This document shows positions 34,083 through 47,536 of a DNA stretch of 64,000 nucleotides, piece after piece. Under the pieces are notes generated by a model. It searched no databases. It was given only the letters and a program-made list of their open reading frames with translations, and was not told the DNA's origin. The stretch's first letter is position 1. Every line of letters begins with the position of its first letter. The stretch comes from Scenedesmus sp. PABB004. Lineage: Eukaryota. Location of the stretch: positions 868,001 to 932,000 of the forward strand of contig JABVCE010000009.1 of NCBI GenBank assembly GCA_014905635.1, written 5' to 3'. The position numbers were made by a program, and so were the translations under genes.

Positions 34083-37000
34083 ATGTCCCGGACGCTGGAG
34101 CCCGGCATATCGCTGCTGACGGCGGCCGAGATCCGCGTGGTGGGCCCGCGCAGCTGGGCCGGCCGGCGCCGGCGGGCGGCGGCGCGGAGCTAGCAGCGCG
34201 CTGGCGGGCGGGCGGCCTGCGTCGCTGCTGACCGCGCGCCGCGCAGGCGGTGCTGCCGATTGGGCCCATGCCGCGGGACACGTTTGACGCCTACCTGGAC
34301 GCCTTCAACGCGCTGCGCCACGTGCGGGCGGGCGGCGCGGCGGCGGGCCGCTGGCTCGCTCGCGGCAGCAGCCGCGGCCGCCGCCAGCGCACACGCCGCC
34401 CGGCGCTCGCCGCAGGTGCCGCTCAACGCGACGCGCTCCTTCCACCAGGGCGGCCCCAAGAGCCCCTTCCCGCACCTGCCCTACCGGACCGGCGCGCTGC
34501 ACTTTCGCTTTGTGCAGGTCCGCGCGCGACGCGGCGGGCGGCGCGCCGCGGCGCCGCGGCAGCACGCCCACGCCGCCGCGCCGCCGCCGCGCGCGCAGGC
34601 GGACGAGGCGCGGCGGCGCACGCGCGTCGGTGACCTGCACCAGGCGCGCGCGGTCGTGGCGGTGCTGGGCCTGCTGCACTGCCCGCTCGTCGAGGACCTG
34701 CTGGCGGGGCACGCCGAGTACGCGCGCGCGGCCAGGTGCGGCGCGGCGCGCAGCGCATCGCAGCGCAGCGCGCGTTTGTTTGGGAGGGGGCTTTGTGAGG
34801 CGTGTGTTTCAAAGTTACAAAGGTTCTTTCTTGCACGGGCGAGGGCTGGCGCGGCCGCGGCCGCGCCGCGACGGCCGAACGGGCGCCCACCGCCCGGTCA
34901 CCGTCCGACCGCCCGCGAGCGCCCCCAAATCGTTCTGCAATCGTTCTGCAATCGTTTTGCAAAGGTTTTGGGCCAGAAAACGCAAAAATCGAGATATCGG
35001 AGAGAGGTTTCGATCCTCTGACCTATGGGTTATGAGCCCATCACGCTTCCACTGCGCTACTCCGATCGAGGAGAGCCGAAGCCGTGGCTGGGGCGAACCA
35101 GCCGTTGAGATGTCGAATAGTGCGCGTCTGCGCATATTATAGCGGAGTGCTTAAATACCCGATTTTCGCGTTTTCCATTTTTTCGGCCATTTTCGGACTC
35201 CCCGCCCCCGAATTGGTCTACCCACGCCGGCGGGCGCCCCGATTCGCCCGGGGGCGGGCGGGGACGCGGGCAACTTGCGACCAAACACACAACATCAACG
35301 CACTCACAAACCGCGCCGCCCGTGCCCCCCCCCCCTGCTGCGCGCAGGCAGTGGCCCGAGGCGCTCGTGTGCCGCTGCTGCGCGTTCGCGCCGGGCGCCG
35401 CGCACCTCGCCGCGCCCGGCGTGGCCGCGCTGCGCGACCTCGTGGTCATCCCGGGCGGCCACCTGCCGGCGCACCTCGAGGTCGCGCTGCACGAGTTTGC
35501 CGCCGCCGTGCTCGCGGGTGCGCGCCGCTTGCTGCGTGCACCGCGCGCGCAGGCCGCGCCGCGCCGCGCCGCGCCGCGCCGCGCCGCGCCGCGCGCCGAC
35601 GCGGTGCCGCCTGCCCTGCTGCTCTGCGGACGCCCGCTCCGGTGCGCAGCGCTGGAGGACACGGTGCTCAATGCCAGCGTGACGGCGGTCAAGCTCAACA
35701 CCTACGTCGACTCGGGTGCGCTGACGGCGCCCGAGCGCGCGCGGCCGGCCGTGGAGGCAGAGGGCCGTGCGGCGGCGGCCGCGCGCGCTGCGAGGCAGCG
35801 GCGGACGCCGCCGCGCCGCGCCGCCGCCCGCCGCCGCGCCCCGTCGCAGGTGACTTCCTGGGGTCGCTCGCTCAGATTGAGGACGGGCTGCGCAAGCTCG
35901 CCATCAACGAGGAGGTGCGGCGCGCGCGGCGGCAGCACGCACAGCGCGCGCGGCGGCGTCACGCACAGCGCGCAATGGTGGCGCGCGCAGCACGCAGCCC
36001 GGCGGCCGCCGGCGGCGCCGCGCCCGGCCGCGCACGCCGCCGCCGCGCCGCCCCCGGCGCGCGCGCAGGAGGCCAAGGAGAAGCGGCGCTGGGGGCGGCT
36101 GCAGAAGGCCAAGGCCGACTGGGCGCTGCTCGCGGGGTCGCCGCGCGACGCGTTTGAGCACTACCGCTCCGCCATGGAGCTCAGCCGCGCCGCGGGCGAC
36201 GCGATCTGGTGCGCGCAGCGGCGAGGCGGCACGCTGCGCGCGCGCCACGTGGCGGGAGGGGGCGGGCGCGGCGCGGCGGGCGGCGCGCGCGCGGCGACGC
36301 TGCGCCGCGGAGCCGCCGCCGCAGGTACGGCGCGGCGGTGGAGGGCCTGGCGCACGCGCGCGTGCTCGAGGCGCTCATTGCTGGCCGCCCCGGCGGCGGG
36401 CTGGGGCCCGCGGCCGCGCCGCCGCTGCAGCCGCTCGCGGCGCTGCCGGCGGCGGGCGCCGGCGAGGCCGGCCCCGCGCCGGGCGAGCGCGGCGCGGCGG
36501 ACGCGGCGGCGCCTGCGGCGGCAGCGGCCGCGCCGCCGGGGGCGGAGGCCCCCGCAGCGGCCGCGCCGCCTGCAGCGGACGCGCCCGGCGCCCCTGCCGC
36601 AGCTGCTGCCGACGCGGGCACGCAGCCAGAAGCGGCGCAGCCCGCGCAGCCAGAGGCGGCGGCGGTGCTGCCGGCCAGCCAGCCGCTGTTCACGCTCCAC
36701 AGCGCTGAGAGCGGCGAGTTTCGCGCGCTGACAGCCGCTGGCGACGCGTCCGGCGCGTCGCCGGACGCGGCCGCCCCCGCAGCGGGCGCTGCAGGTGCAG
36801 CGGCGGAAGGGCCCGTCGGCGGCGGCAGCTCAGATGCGCCGCCGCCTGTGGGCTCGACCGCGCCGGCAGCATCGCCAGCAGCGCCCGCAGCGGCGCCGGC
36901 AGCGGCAGCACCCGCGCCGGCAGCAGACGACGCCCCGCAGCCTGCCGCGCCCAGCAGCCGGGCCGCCGCCGCGCCGGGCACGCCCGGCCGGGCCTCGGCG

Positions 37001-39180
37001 CTGCGCGCGAGCGCCGCCGCGCCCGGCTGGGCGGCGTGCGCCGCGGCCGGCTTCGGGCGGCAGCAGCCGTTCAGCCTGTCGGGCCCCGCGGCGTGGGACG
37101 TGCTGGCAGCAGCGGGCGCGGAGCTGGAGGGCGAGGTGCGGGAGCTGCTGGCGGAGGCGCGGGCCTCGTACAAGCGCAAGGGCGGCGCGCTGGCGCTGCA
37201 GGTGGGCGCCCCTCGGACCAGCGCGCGCGCGCGTGCGCCCCGGCGGCGGCGCTGGGCGCCGCGGCGCTGCGCGCCGCGGCGCGCCGAGCCGCCGGCCCCC
37301 GCGCGCGCGCCGCGCGCAGATCGAGCAGCAGCTGAAGCTCTGCCGCTTCCTGGCGGGCCTGCACGGCGCCGCCGGCGCGCGGCGCGAGGCGGCCGAGGCC
37401 GTGGCACTCATCCTGGAGAGCCTGCCGGCGCTGCCGCTGCCCGATGACCGGATCATTGCTCTTGCTGAGGCAGGGCAGGTGTGGGCGGGCGGGCGCCTGC
37501 TGGGCGCGTGGCTCGGCGCGCAGCGCGCGCGTGCCCTCGCCCGCTTTGGTCGCCTGCGAGCCGCCCCCCTCTGCCGCCGCCGCCGCCCCTGCTGCCGCCG
37601 CCGCAGCTGCTGGGCCTCGTCGGCTGCGGCCGCAGGCGCCTCCTGCTGCTGTGGGCGGCGCTGGACGCGCTCCGCGCGGCCGCGGGCGACAAGGGCCCCC
37701 ACGCGAGCGAGGCGGGCGCGATGCTGCGCCTGGCGGCGCGGGGGCTGGAGCCGCCGGAGCAGGCGCGGCAGCAGGACCCGGATGACCTGCCTCGCATCCA
37801 CTGGGCGGTGAAGCGCTTCGTCGCCTGGCAGCAGCAGCACCTGCCAGAGCCCGCGCTCGCGCGGCTCGCGGCGGCGGCCGAGGCCGCGGCCGCCGCGGCG
37901 GCGCCGCCGGGGCAGGGCGACGGCAGCCCGCGCCGGCAGCCGGCGCGGGGCGGCGGCAGCCCGCGACTCCCGCAGGCTGGGCGCCGCGGCTCCAGCGGCG
38001 CGGCGCCCGCGCCCGGCGGCGGCGAGGGCGAGCCGGCGCTGCAGCAGCAGTTCCAGCAGCTGCTGGGGCCACAGCTCACGCTGCTGGGCGGCGAGCACGC
38101 GGCCCTACTGCTGCAGCTGTGCTGCGGCGACGGCTGGGACCTGCCGGGCGGCGCCACCGCCGCCGCCGCCGCTGGCGCGCTTGGCCGCGACTGGCTGAGC
38201 CCCTGGGGCAGCATGCAGGTGGCCGTGCTGGAGGCTGTCGTCACCCTGGCGCGCGCCGCGAGCGCGCCGGTGGAGGCGTGGGAGGCGGCCGCCGCGCTGC
38301 TGCGGTGCGGCCGGCGCGCGAGTGCCCCCGCGCTCGCCCGGGGCGCGCGCAGCCTCGGCGTGTTTCGATCGCCGCGCCCGCACGGACGCGCGCCCGCACG
38401 CTCGTCGCAGGGAGTCGTACGCGCTGCTGCCGCAGGCGCTGCAGGTGTCGCTCATGCACATGTGCGCCACGTCGGCGGCGGCGATGGGCAGCCGCGCGCG
38501 CCAGCGGCCGGGGCCCGGGCCGGGGCCGCAGGTGCAGCTGAAGCGCGTGCTGCCAGGTGCGCCGCGCGCATAGCGCGGGCAGCGCCTCGCCCGCGTCGCG
38601 CGCGCGGCGCGCGCGTGCGCCGACGCGCCGCCCGACCCGCGCGCTCCGCCGCGCAGGCCCCGCCTGCTTGCAGCCGCTCGCGCTCGCGCCGGCCGAGCTG
38701 GGCGGCGGCGCGGCCGGGGCGGCGGGCCTGCGCCGCGCGGACGGCGCCGCCGGGTCTGCCAGCTCGGCCGGCGCCGGCGGGCCGTTCATTTTCAACCCCT
38801 ACGCGGCCAAGCGCCAGGCCGGCACCGCCGCGGCCGCCGCCGAGGCGGCGCTGCCGGAATGGGTGCGCGCCGCAGCCCCCGCCCCGCGCGCGCTGACGCG
38901 GGGACGGGGCCTGCTGCCGCGCGGCGGCGGCGGCGCCGAGACGCGCCCGCCGTCGCGCCGCGCACGGCCACAGGTGTGCGGCGACGAGGGCTGGGTGGAG
39001 GTGCTCCTGGTCAACCCCTGCGCCACGCCGCTCAAGCTGGAGCAGCTGCAGCTGGTGGTGCAGCCCCTGCCGGCGCCCGGCGCCGGCGCCAGCGGCAGCC
39101 CCGCCGAGCGCGCGCAGGCGCTGCTGCTGCAGGTCACGGGTGCGGGCGCGCTCGCCACGGGCGATGCGGCGCAGGACGCA

Positions 39181-39216
<36 letters not shown>

Positions 39217-42200
39217 AAGGCCGCCGTCGTGGGCACGGCCGGCGCGGGCGCGGGGCAGCGGCGCCGCGTGGGCGTGACGCTGGCTGCAGGCAGCAAGCCG
39301 GTGCGTGTGCTGCTGAGCTTCGTGCCCACCAGTCCAGGCCTGGTCGCCATCACGGGCGTGCAGGTGCGGCGCCGCGGTCCGGCGCCGCGGCCCGACGCCA
39401 CACGCGCGCGCCGCGACCGGCCCGGCGAGCCCCGCCGCGCCGTCCCGCCGCAGGCCTCGTGCTGGGGCGTGACGTGGTGCCAGCCCTTTGTGCAGCTGCC
39501 GCGCCTGGCGGCCGCCGCGGGGCCCGAGAGCGCCGCTCCGCAGGGCGCCTTCACGGTCGTGGTGCAGCCGCCCCTACCTCTGATCAAGGTGCCGCCGCGG
39601 CTGGGCCGGGGCCGGGCCTGCCTCGGGGCCGGGACTGCCTCCCGCCCTGCCGCCGCCAACCGCGGCGCTCACCGCGCCGCGCCGCCCGCGGCCGCAGGCG
39701 TCGCTGCACGGGCCCGAGGTCCAGCTGGTGCAGCCCTCGCAGGAGGAGCTGGCGGGCTTTGCCGGCGACGGCGCCGAGCCGCCGGCGCCCGCATGGGCCG
39801 CGGCGGCCGGCGGCGCGAGCGGCGGCGCCGCCGCCGTCGGCGGCGGCGGCGGCGCCGCGGGGGCGGAGCTGGACCGCAAGGTCACGAATGTGTTTGTGTT
39901 TGAGGGCCAGACGCTCGCGTGGAGCCTGCAGCTCACCAACATCTCCTCCCAGCCCGTCACGGGCTGCAAGGTCGCGGTGCTGAACGCACGCGGCGCGCTG
40001 GTCAAGCCCCTCGCGCCCGGCGCGGCGGCGGGCGCCGGCCAGGCCGCCGGCGGCGGCGGCGGCGCGCAGCTGCCGCCGAGCTTCTGCGGCGCGCACATGG
40101 AGGTCGGCGAGGGCGGGCTGGCGGCGGGGCTGCCGCTCGCGCCGGGCGCGAGCGTCACGCTGCCGGTGGCCGTGACCGTGGGCAGGCCGCCGGGCGACGC
40201 CTTTGACGCCGTGATGCTGCAGGCGCGGCGCTCGCGGCGCAGGCTGCTTGCCCCGCGCGCCGTCGCTGCTGCAACGTGGTGCGCCAGCGCGCGGCACGCG
40301 CCTCGCCCTCACTGCCGCCGCCGCCGCCGCCGCCGCTGCGCAGGTGCGCGTGACGTACGCTGGCGCCGCGCACGGCGCCGTCGCCGCGGGCGGCGAGCTG
40401 GTGGGGCGGCGCCTGGTGCTGCCGGTGCGGCTGTCGATACAGCCGACGCTGCAGGTCAAGCAGCTCCGCTTCCTGCAGTCGACGCTGCCGCTGCGCAACG
40501 GCGCGCTCGCGCTGCGGCCGCGCCCGCTCGGCGGCCGGGAGGGCGGCTTCGGCGGCCCCGGCAGCGGCGGGCTCGACAGCCCCGGCGCTGGCCTGCTGCG
40601 GCGGCACCCCTCGCACCACGTTCGCAACAGCAGCGACGGCGCGGTGCCCGTGCTCGGCGTGGGCGCGATGGTGCTGCCACGCAGCCCCGCGCACAGCCCC
40701 GCACGGCGGCCGGGCGGCCTGCTGCAGCAGGGCGCCGCTGGCGGCGACGCCCTTGGCGCCGGCGCCGGCGCCGCCGCCGAGCCGCACGGCGGCGCGCGGC
40801 GCGGCGAGGGGCAGCCGAGCGAGCCGCCGAGCGGCGGTGGCACCGGCGCGCTGGCGGTGGGCAGCGAGCCGGTGCTGGAGCTGGCCGTGCGCAACGCGAG
40901 TGAGCGCTACTTCAGGTGCGGCCCTGCGGGAGCGACCCCGGGGGCGGCTCGGCTGCGGCCGGCCGGCCGGGGCGGCGCCACAGGCGCGATGGGACCGCCG
41001 CCGCCCACGCCCCCCCCCCCCCCAACCCCGCAGGACCTGGCTGGGCTGCTTGCCTGACCGGCTGAGCGCGGAGGCCTCGCTCTCGGCAGTCGCGGTGCTG
41101 GAGCCGGGCGACACGGCGCGCCTCCAGGCGGTGCTGCCGGGGCACCCCGCCTCGGCGCCGCCGCTGCCTGGCAGCCCAACCAAGGCGCGCCCGGCCGGCG
41201 CCGACGGCGGCGGCGCCACGGCGGCCGCGCCGGGGCCGCTCGCACTGGGCGTCGCTGCAAGCACCGGCGGCGGCGGCGGCGGTGCGCTGTCCGAGCCCAG
41301 CCGCCTGGGCGTGGCGGAGGCGCTGGTGGGGCAGCTGGTGGTGTGCTGGGAGATGATCACGGGCGCCGGCGCCGCCGGCGGGCTGCCGCGCGGCAAGGTG
41401 CAGCTGGCGCCGGTCGACGTGGCGGCCAACCTCACGCCGGGTGCGCGCCGCGCCGCGCCGCCCGCCGCGCGCCGCCCGCACACCGCCTTCGTCGCGCACC
41501 CCGCGCCGCGCGTTGCGCGTCCGTGGGGCGCCGAGCGCGCCGCCCGCCTCCGCCCCGCAGGCGCGCTCGCGGCGCTGTGCCCCGCGCCGCTGTCGCTGCG
41601 GCTGTCGGCGCTGCCTGCCGCTGCCGCGCCCGGCACGTCCGGCCCGGCCGAGCTGGTCGACCTGCTGGCGCTGCCCGTGTCCGCGCTCGGCTCAGCGTTC
41701 GGCGGCGGCGCCGCACCCCGGGCCGGGGCGCCCGCACCAGCCGGCGGCGCGCCGGGGCCGCTCGCGGGGCTGCTGCCGGGCGTGGCGGGCCCGCTCTGGG
41801 GGCTGCACATGGCGGCGGGGCAGTGGCTCAGCCTGGACCTGGAGGCGAGCTACCGCTGCCCTGCGCCGCCGGACGGCGCGCGCGACGGCCCGGCGCCCGA
41901 GCCGCTCGCGCTGAGCGTGTCGCTGCATGCGACTGACCTGCTCGCGGCGCTCGCCGGCGGCGGGCAGCCCGGCACGCCCTCCGCCGCCGCGGCGCTGGGC
42001 CTCGGCGGGCCGTCGGGCCTGAGCCTGCTGTCCCGCGGCGGCGGGCTCGGCGGCGCGAGCCCCGCGCCCGGCGGCGGCGCCGGCGGCGGGCCGGCGCAGC
42101 AGGCGCCCGGCGCTGCGCTGATCGACCCGGGCGTGCGACTCGCGGGCTGCCACACCGGGCTGCAGCTGCGCGTCGCCCCCGGCGCGACGGAGCGGCGGCG

Positions 42201-42384
42201 CCTGCAGGCGCTGCTGGTGCAGCCGGGGCTCTACTCCATCGGCGTCGCAGACGTGGCGCCCGCGGGCGGCGGCGGCGGCGGCGGCGCGAGCGGCGGCGGC
42301 GGCGTGCGCGGCAGCGCGCCGGGCGAGGCGCGGGGGCGGGCCTTCTTCAATCAGGACCGCCTGTACGTCCTGGTGTCGGCGTGA
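34083..42384 (+). CDS. TRS120: TRAPP II subunit TRS120/TRAPPC9, many exons
   Basis: MSRTLEPGISL..IR..VLPIG, KSPFPH..GALHFRF, KRRWGRLQKAKADWALLAGSPRDA..HY, GPFIFNP, W/VCGD..VEV.L.NP. Confidence 0.88.
34995..35066 (-). tRNA. Initiator tRNA-Met (CAT), 72 nt, antisense within a TRS120 intron
   Basis: ATCGGAGTAGCGCAGTGGAAGCGTGATGGGCTCATAACCCATAGGTCAGAGGATCGAAACCTCTCTCCGATA. A1-U72 pair, ATCGAAA T-loop (initiator signature), CAT anticodon, downstream T-runs. Confidence 0.95.
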
Positions 42385-42590
42385 TGACTCGTGTGAGCGA
42401 GCGCGTTCGCGAGCGCGCGCGTGCTGCGTCTGCGCCCCGGCGCGCGGGGTTGTGTGCGCGGCGGCTTTGCGCGAGGGCTTGAGCGGCTCGTCCCTCGCTC
42501 CACGCTCTTTGAGCGCTGCAACTTCACAGGCGCGGGCGGGCAGAGCGGCGAGCGCAGGAGGCTGCAGGCGCGGCGCCGTCGAGAGCGGCG

Positions 42591-44637
42591 ATGGCAGCGC
42601 TGCGCGCCGCCGCCAGCAGCAGCAGCAGTCACATTGAGCGGAGGACGTGTCCGGGCAGGCCGGCAGCGGTGCAGCGGCTCCGCAGCGTCAACGGGCGCGC
42701 TGCGACGCGCCGCAGCGGGATGGCGTGTGCTGCTGCTGCGGCGCCGCAGGCAGCAGCAGCCGCCGCGACCGGCCGCGCGGCGCCCCAGGACCTCACGGGC
42801 TTTGTCCTCGCCACCGCGCCGGCTGGTGAGGCAGGGGGGCGGGACGCGCCGCGCGGCGCGGCGGTCAGCAGCGCGCGCTGGTGCCGCTCGCCCGCCGCCG
42901 GCGCGGCGGTCAGCAGCGAGCTGCCGCTCGCCCGCCGCCGGCGCAGACGAGGCGCGCAGCCTGGCGCTGGTGTTCAGCGCGGTGGGCGTGGCGGTGAAGC
43001 AGATCGCGGGCCGCGTGGCGCGCGCGGGGCTCGAGGGCCTCTTCGGCGTCTCCGAGGTTCAGGGCGGCGGCAGCGGCGACACGCAGAAGAAGCTCGACGT
43101 CATCGCGGTGCGGCGGCGGCCGCGGCGGGCAGCGGGGGAGCGGGGACGGGGCGGGACGCGCCGCCCGTCGCGGCGCCCCACTCGCCCGGACGCGCCCACG
43201 CGCCCGCCGCCCGCCCGCCCGCCCGCCCGCGCTGCACGCTGCACGCTGCACGCCGCAGAACGACATCATGAAGGCGGTGCTCTCCGCCTGCCCCGAGGTG
43301 GCGGTGCTGGCGAGCGAGGAGGACGACGACGCGATGCCCGTGCCTGGCGGCGGGCGCTATGCGGTCGTGTTTGACCCCCTCGACGGCAGCCGGAACATCG
43401 ACGCCGCCATCCCCACGGGTGCGCGCGCGGCTCGCGGCGTCCGTGCCCGCACGCCGCGCGCCGCACGCAGCAGCACGCGCCACGCCGCGCCCGCCCGCCG
43501 CCGTCCTGACGCGCCGCGCTCGCCCCGCCCGCGCGCGCGCGCGCGCTCCGCCCCGCCGCGGCGGGTCAGGCACCATCTTTGGCGTGTATCGCGTCCCGCC
43601 CGGCGCGGACCCCGGCGCCGCGGCGCTGCAGCCCGGGTCCGAGCTCGTGGGCGCGGGGTACGCCTTGTACTCCTCGGCATGCATGCTGGTCATGTCTACC
43701 GGCCAGGCGCGTGCCTTGCCGCGCGTGTCGCGCGTGCCGCGCTTGCCGCGCGTGCTGCGCCGCGCCGCCGCCACCTCCCTCGCAACGAGCCCCTCGCCGC
43801 CGCGCCGCGCCCGCTCGCGCGCTCCCCGCCCCCGCGCGGCGTCCCGCGCAGGGCACGCACGGCTTCACGCTCGACCCGCTGTGCGGCGAGTTCCTGCTGA
43901 CCCACGAGCGCCTGGCCGTGCCTGAGCGGGGGCAGATCTACAGCGTCAATGACGCCCGCTGGCACGACTGGCCCGCCGGCCTGCGCGGCTACATCGACGC
44001 CGTGCGGTGCGGCGGGCGGCGGCGGCGGCGGCGGCGGGCGGCGGCGGCGGGCGGCGGCGGGCGGCGGGCGGCGGGGTGACGACACTCACTCACACACCCA
44101 CGCGGCGGGCGGGGGAAAACAGGGCTGACGGCCGCGCCGCGCCGCGTCGCGCTTGTCGCGCGCGCAGGCAGGGCAAGGGCGAGAGCGGGAAGCAGTACAG
44201 TGCGAGGTACATCTGCTCCCTGGTCGGCGACTTCCACCGCACGCTGCTCTACGGCGGTGCGCCGCGCCGCGCCGCCCCGCGCGCGCGCGCACTGTTCCGG
44301 CCATGCTGCGGCTGCGCGCGGCGCGCGGCGCACACGGCACGCACGGCACGCACGGCACGCACATCGTGCACGCGCGCCCGCCGCCCGGTCCGCCGCGCCA
44401 GGGGTGTGCATGAACCCGCGGTGCCACCTGCGACTGGTGTACGAGGCCAACCCGCTCGCGCTGCTGTGCGAGCAGGCGGGCGGGCTCGCGACCGACGGGC
44501 GCGTGCCGCTGCGGGGCATCACGCCGCGCGCGCTGCACCAGCGCCTGCCCCTCTTCATGGGCAGCCCGGCGGACATGCGGGAGCTCATGGCCTGGGGCGA
44601 CGTGCAGCAGCTCGACGGCAAGAAATACGACGTCTGA
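42591..44637 (+). CDS. Fructose-1,6-bisphosphatase class 1, chloroplast FBPase-II type
   Basis: Transit peptide. [71 protein letters not shown]. Confidence 0.92.
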
Positions 44638-44643
44638 GGCGCG

Positions 44644-44661
44644 GTGTAATCCTGATTACAC
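44644..44661. promoter_or_regulatory. Back-to-back TGTAA poly(A) signals (one per strand) forming a palindrome
   Basis: gtgtaatc-ct-gattacac between the convergent FBPase and ABHD genes. UGUAA is the chlorophyte poly(A) signal. Confidence 0.6.
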
Positions 44662-44890
44662 TGCAGGGCCGCCGCAGCAGGCCTGGGGGGCAGCGGCCGA
44701 ATCAACCGGCGCGCAGTCGCTGACAAAACATGAGGGTGGCAAGGAGGGTGTCAGTCAAAAATCGCGGGCGAGCCGGCCGCCGCGCGCGCGCGCGAAAAAA
44801 GCAAGCGGCGCGGCACTTGATTGAGTTCCGCGGAGGTCGGGGCCGCCGAGGGTGATGGTACACACACAGGGACACGGGGCGCCCACGCGC

Positions 44891-47536
44891 TCACAGCCTG
44901 CTGCGCAGAGGGCGCAGCGCCGCCGCCCGGCCGGCGTCGCCGCCGCCGGGCTCGTCAAACGCCGACTCCCACGCGCCGCCGCCGCGCAGGCCGGGCGCGC
45001 TCGCAGCGCCGCCGCCCACGCCGCCGGCGCGGCCGCGGCCGCCAAAGCCGAACGACCACGAGTGCCGCACGCCGCCGCCGGCGCCGCGCGCCGCGCCGGG
45101 CGCCGCGGGCGGCGCCGCGCCGGGCGCGGCCGCCTGCGGGGCCGCGCCCGGCGGGTCGGGGCTGCAGCTGCACAGCACGTCGGCGAGCTGCGACGGGTCA
45201 AACGGCTGCGGCGTCCAGCCCGTCCAGAGCGCGCGCTCCACCCAGGACGGCAGCCCGGGGTCCAGCTCGTCGCGGTCGCCGCCGCCGCCGCCGCCGCCGC
45301 CGGCGCGGGCGAGCCGCGCCGCGCCGCGGCCAGCGGGGCCGTGCCGGCCGCGCGCCGCGAGCGGGCGCGGCGCCGGCGCCGGCGCCGGCGCGCCGCCCGC
45401 CGCGGGCGCCTGCTGCTCCCTGAACACGCCGCTGCTGTCGCAGCCGTGGCGCCACTCTGTGAGCGCCGCGGCAAGAAAATCGTCCACGACCGCGTCGCAG
45501 TAGCTCGCCCCGAGGGGCCACCAGCCTTGCAGGAACGCGAGGTGCCCGCCGCGCCGCGTCGCGGCGAGGCAGGTGAAGGGGTTGGCCTCGGCCGCGCCGC
45601 GCGGCAGCACGCTGTGCGGGCGCGCAGGCGGTGGCGGGGCGGGCGGGCGTCGGCGCGCGCGCCGGCGCGTGCGCGGGCGGCGCCAGCCGCTTCAGCGGCC
45701 GCGCCGCCCCAGCCCCACCCTCCCCTCCTGGCCCCCGCCGAGTGCCCCCGCCAAGCAGCAGCGCGCCCGCCGCCGCCTCACTCACCCCAGGAAGGGGTCG
45801 TCGCGCGAGAGCAGGATGAGCGTGGGCGTGCGGATGTGGGGGATGTAGTTGGTGCTGCACGCGTGGCGGTAGTACAGCGCCGGCGCGGCGTAGCCGAGCA
45901 GGCGCAGCGTGACGGCGTCGTCAAACGCGCCGACCGTCCAGCTGCCGAGCATCGCGTCGCCGTCGATGCCCGTACCCGCCGCCGCGAGCGGGCCGGCGTG
46001 CGCCTTGACGTACTCACGCAGCCTTGGGCGGGCGGTTGCGAGCGGGGCGGCGGGCGCGGCGCGGCGGGCGCGGCAAGGTGAGCAGCGCGCACGCCGCGGG
46101 CTCGGCGGCGGCGCCGTCGGCGGCGCGCGGGCGCGCAGCGCCCCTCTCCCTGCCCTCCCCCGCCCTCCCGGCCCTCGCCGGCTTGCCCGCTGCCGCCCCG
46201 CCCGCCGCCGCCGCCCCCCTTCACTACTCACTTGTACGCGACGGCGAGGTTGTACATAAACTTCAGGCTGTTGGGCCGCCCCATGCGCGCGTTGGTGCTG
46301 TGCAGGCACACCGGCGGCGACACGAGCGCCGCGCCGACGAGCCCGCTGCCGCGCGCCGCGTCGGGCAGGCGCCCGCGCCCGCGCCCGGGCTGCGCCTGCT
46401 GCGCCGCCGCCGCCGCCGCGCCGTCGTCATTTGTGGTGTCATTTTTGTTGTCACTGTCGTCATGGTGGTTGCTGTAGAGCCCGTTGTCGGCCTCGGCGAG
46501 GTACTTTGCCAGCAGCACGCTGCCCAGGCTGTAGCCGACGGCGAGCAGCGGCGCCGCGGGGAAGCGGCTGCGGCGGCGCGCGGGGGCGGCCGCGGCGGCG
46601 GGCGGGCGGCGGCACGGCGGGCGTGAGGGCGTGCGAGCGCGCGCGCGAGCGGGCGCACGCACGGCGCAGCGCACAGCGCGGCGAGCAGCGCGTGTGCGCA
46701 GCTCTGTTCATGCGCGCCTGCGTATGCTCGCGACCGCGACGTGCACGTCGCCGGTGTTGATCGCGTTGTACCCGCGCGCGCTCGTGAGCGCGAGGCCGTT
46801 GCAGCCGCGCAGGTTGAGCACGACCGGGCGCCACCCGCGCGCCGCCGCGGCGACGCACGCCCACTTGACGTAGCCCTCGTGGCTGCCGCCTGCGCGGCGC
46901 GTGGCGCGGCGGTGGCGGCAGGGCGGCGGCGGGGCGGCGGCCGTCGGGCGCGGCGCGCAGGCGCGCGGCGCGCGCGGCTGCGGTCGCGCAGGGGCTCTGG
47001 AGGCGCGCGTGGTTCGCCGCAGGCGGGCGGGTGGCTAGGCTGGCGGGCGGGAGGGGGCACGCAGGCGGGCGGCCATGCGGGCCCGGGGGGGGGGGGGGGG
47101 TAGGGCTTAACAAGGGTTTAAGCGCACCGTTGATGCCGTGGATAAACATCACCACCGGCGCGTCGTCCGCGGCGTAGCCGGGCCGGTCGGCGCCGCACCA
47201 CCAGTCGAGCCCGAGCGTGCCGTGGTCACTGGTCATGACGAGCTGCCGGCTGTAGCCGCCGCGCGCGGTCGCGGTGCGCAGCACTGCGCCCCGGCGGCGG
47301 CGGGGCGCGCGGCGTGGGCGCAGGCGCAGGCGCCGACGCGGGCGAGCGCGGTGCGCGGCGCGTGGGGCTTGTGGCGGCGGCGCCGCGGCGCGCTGCCGCT
47401 CACGGCCGAGCGCGCTCTGCATGTGCGGGTTCGGCGCCCAGAGCGTCGGGTTGAACGGCGTCCGCAGCGCGTCGGCGCGCACCACCACCTTGGCGGCGAT
47501 GCCGCCCGGGCGGTAGAACAGCTGCGGCGGGCTCAT
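44891..47536 (-). CDS. Alpha/beta hydrolase, ABHD1-3/YheT/EMB8 family
   Basis: FNPTLWAPNPHMQS, DHGTLGLDW, HGINGGSHEGYV, N.RGC.GL, GYSLG nucleophile elbow, SRDDPF, GGHLAF. Confidence 0.9.

Noticed and set aside
35067..35200. Second ncRNA upstream of the tRNA
   Set aside because: Only a short hairpin is present, with no cloverleaf or convincing snoRNA boxes.
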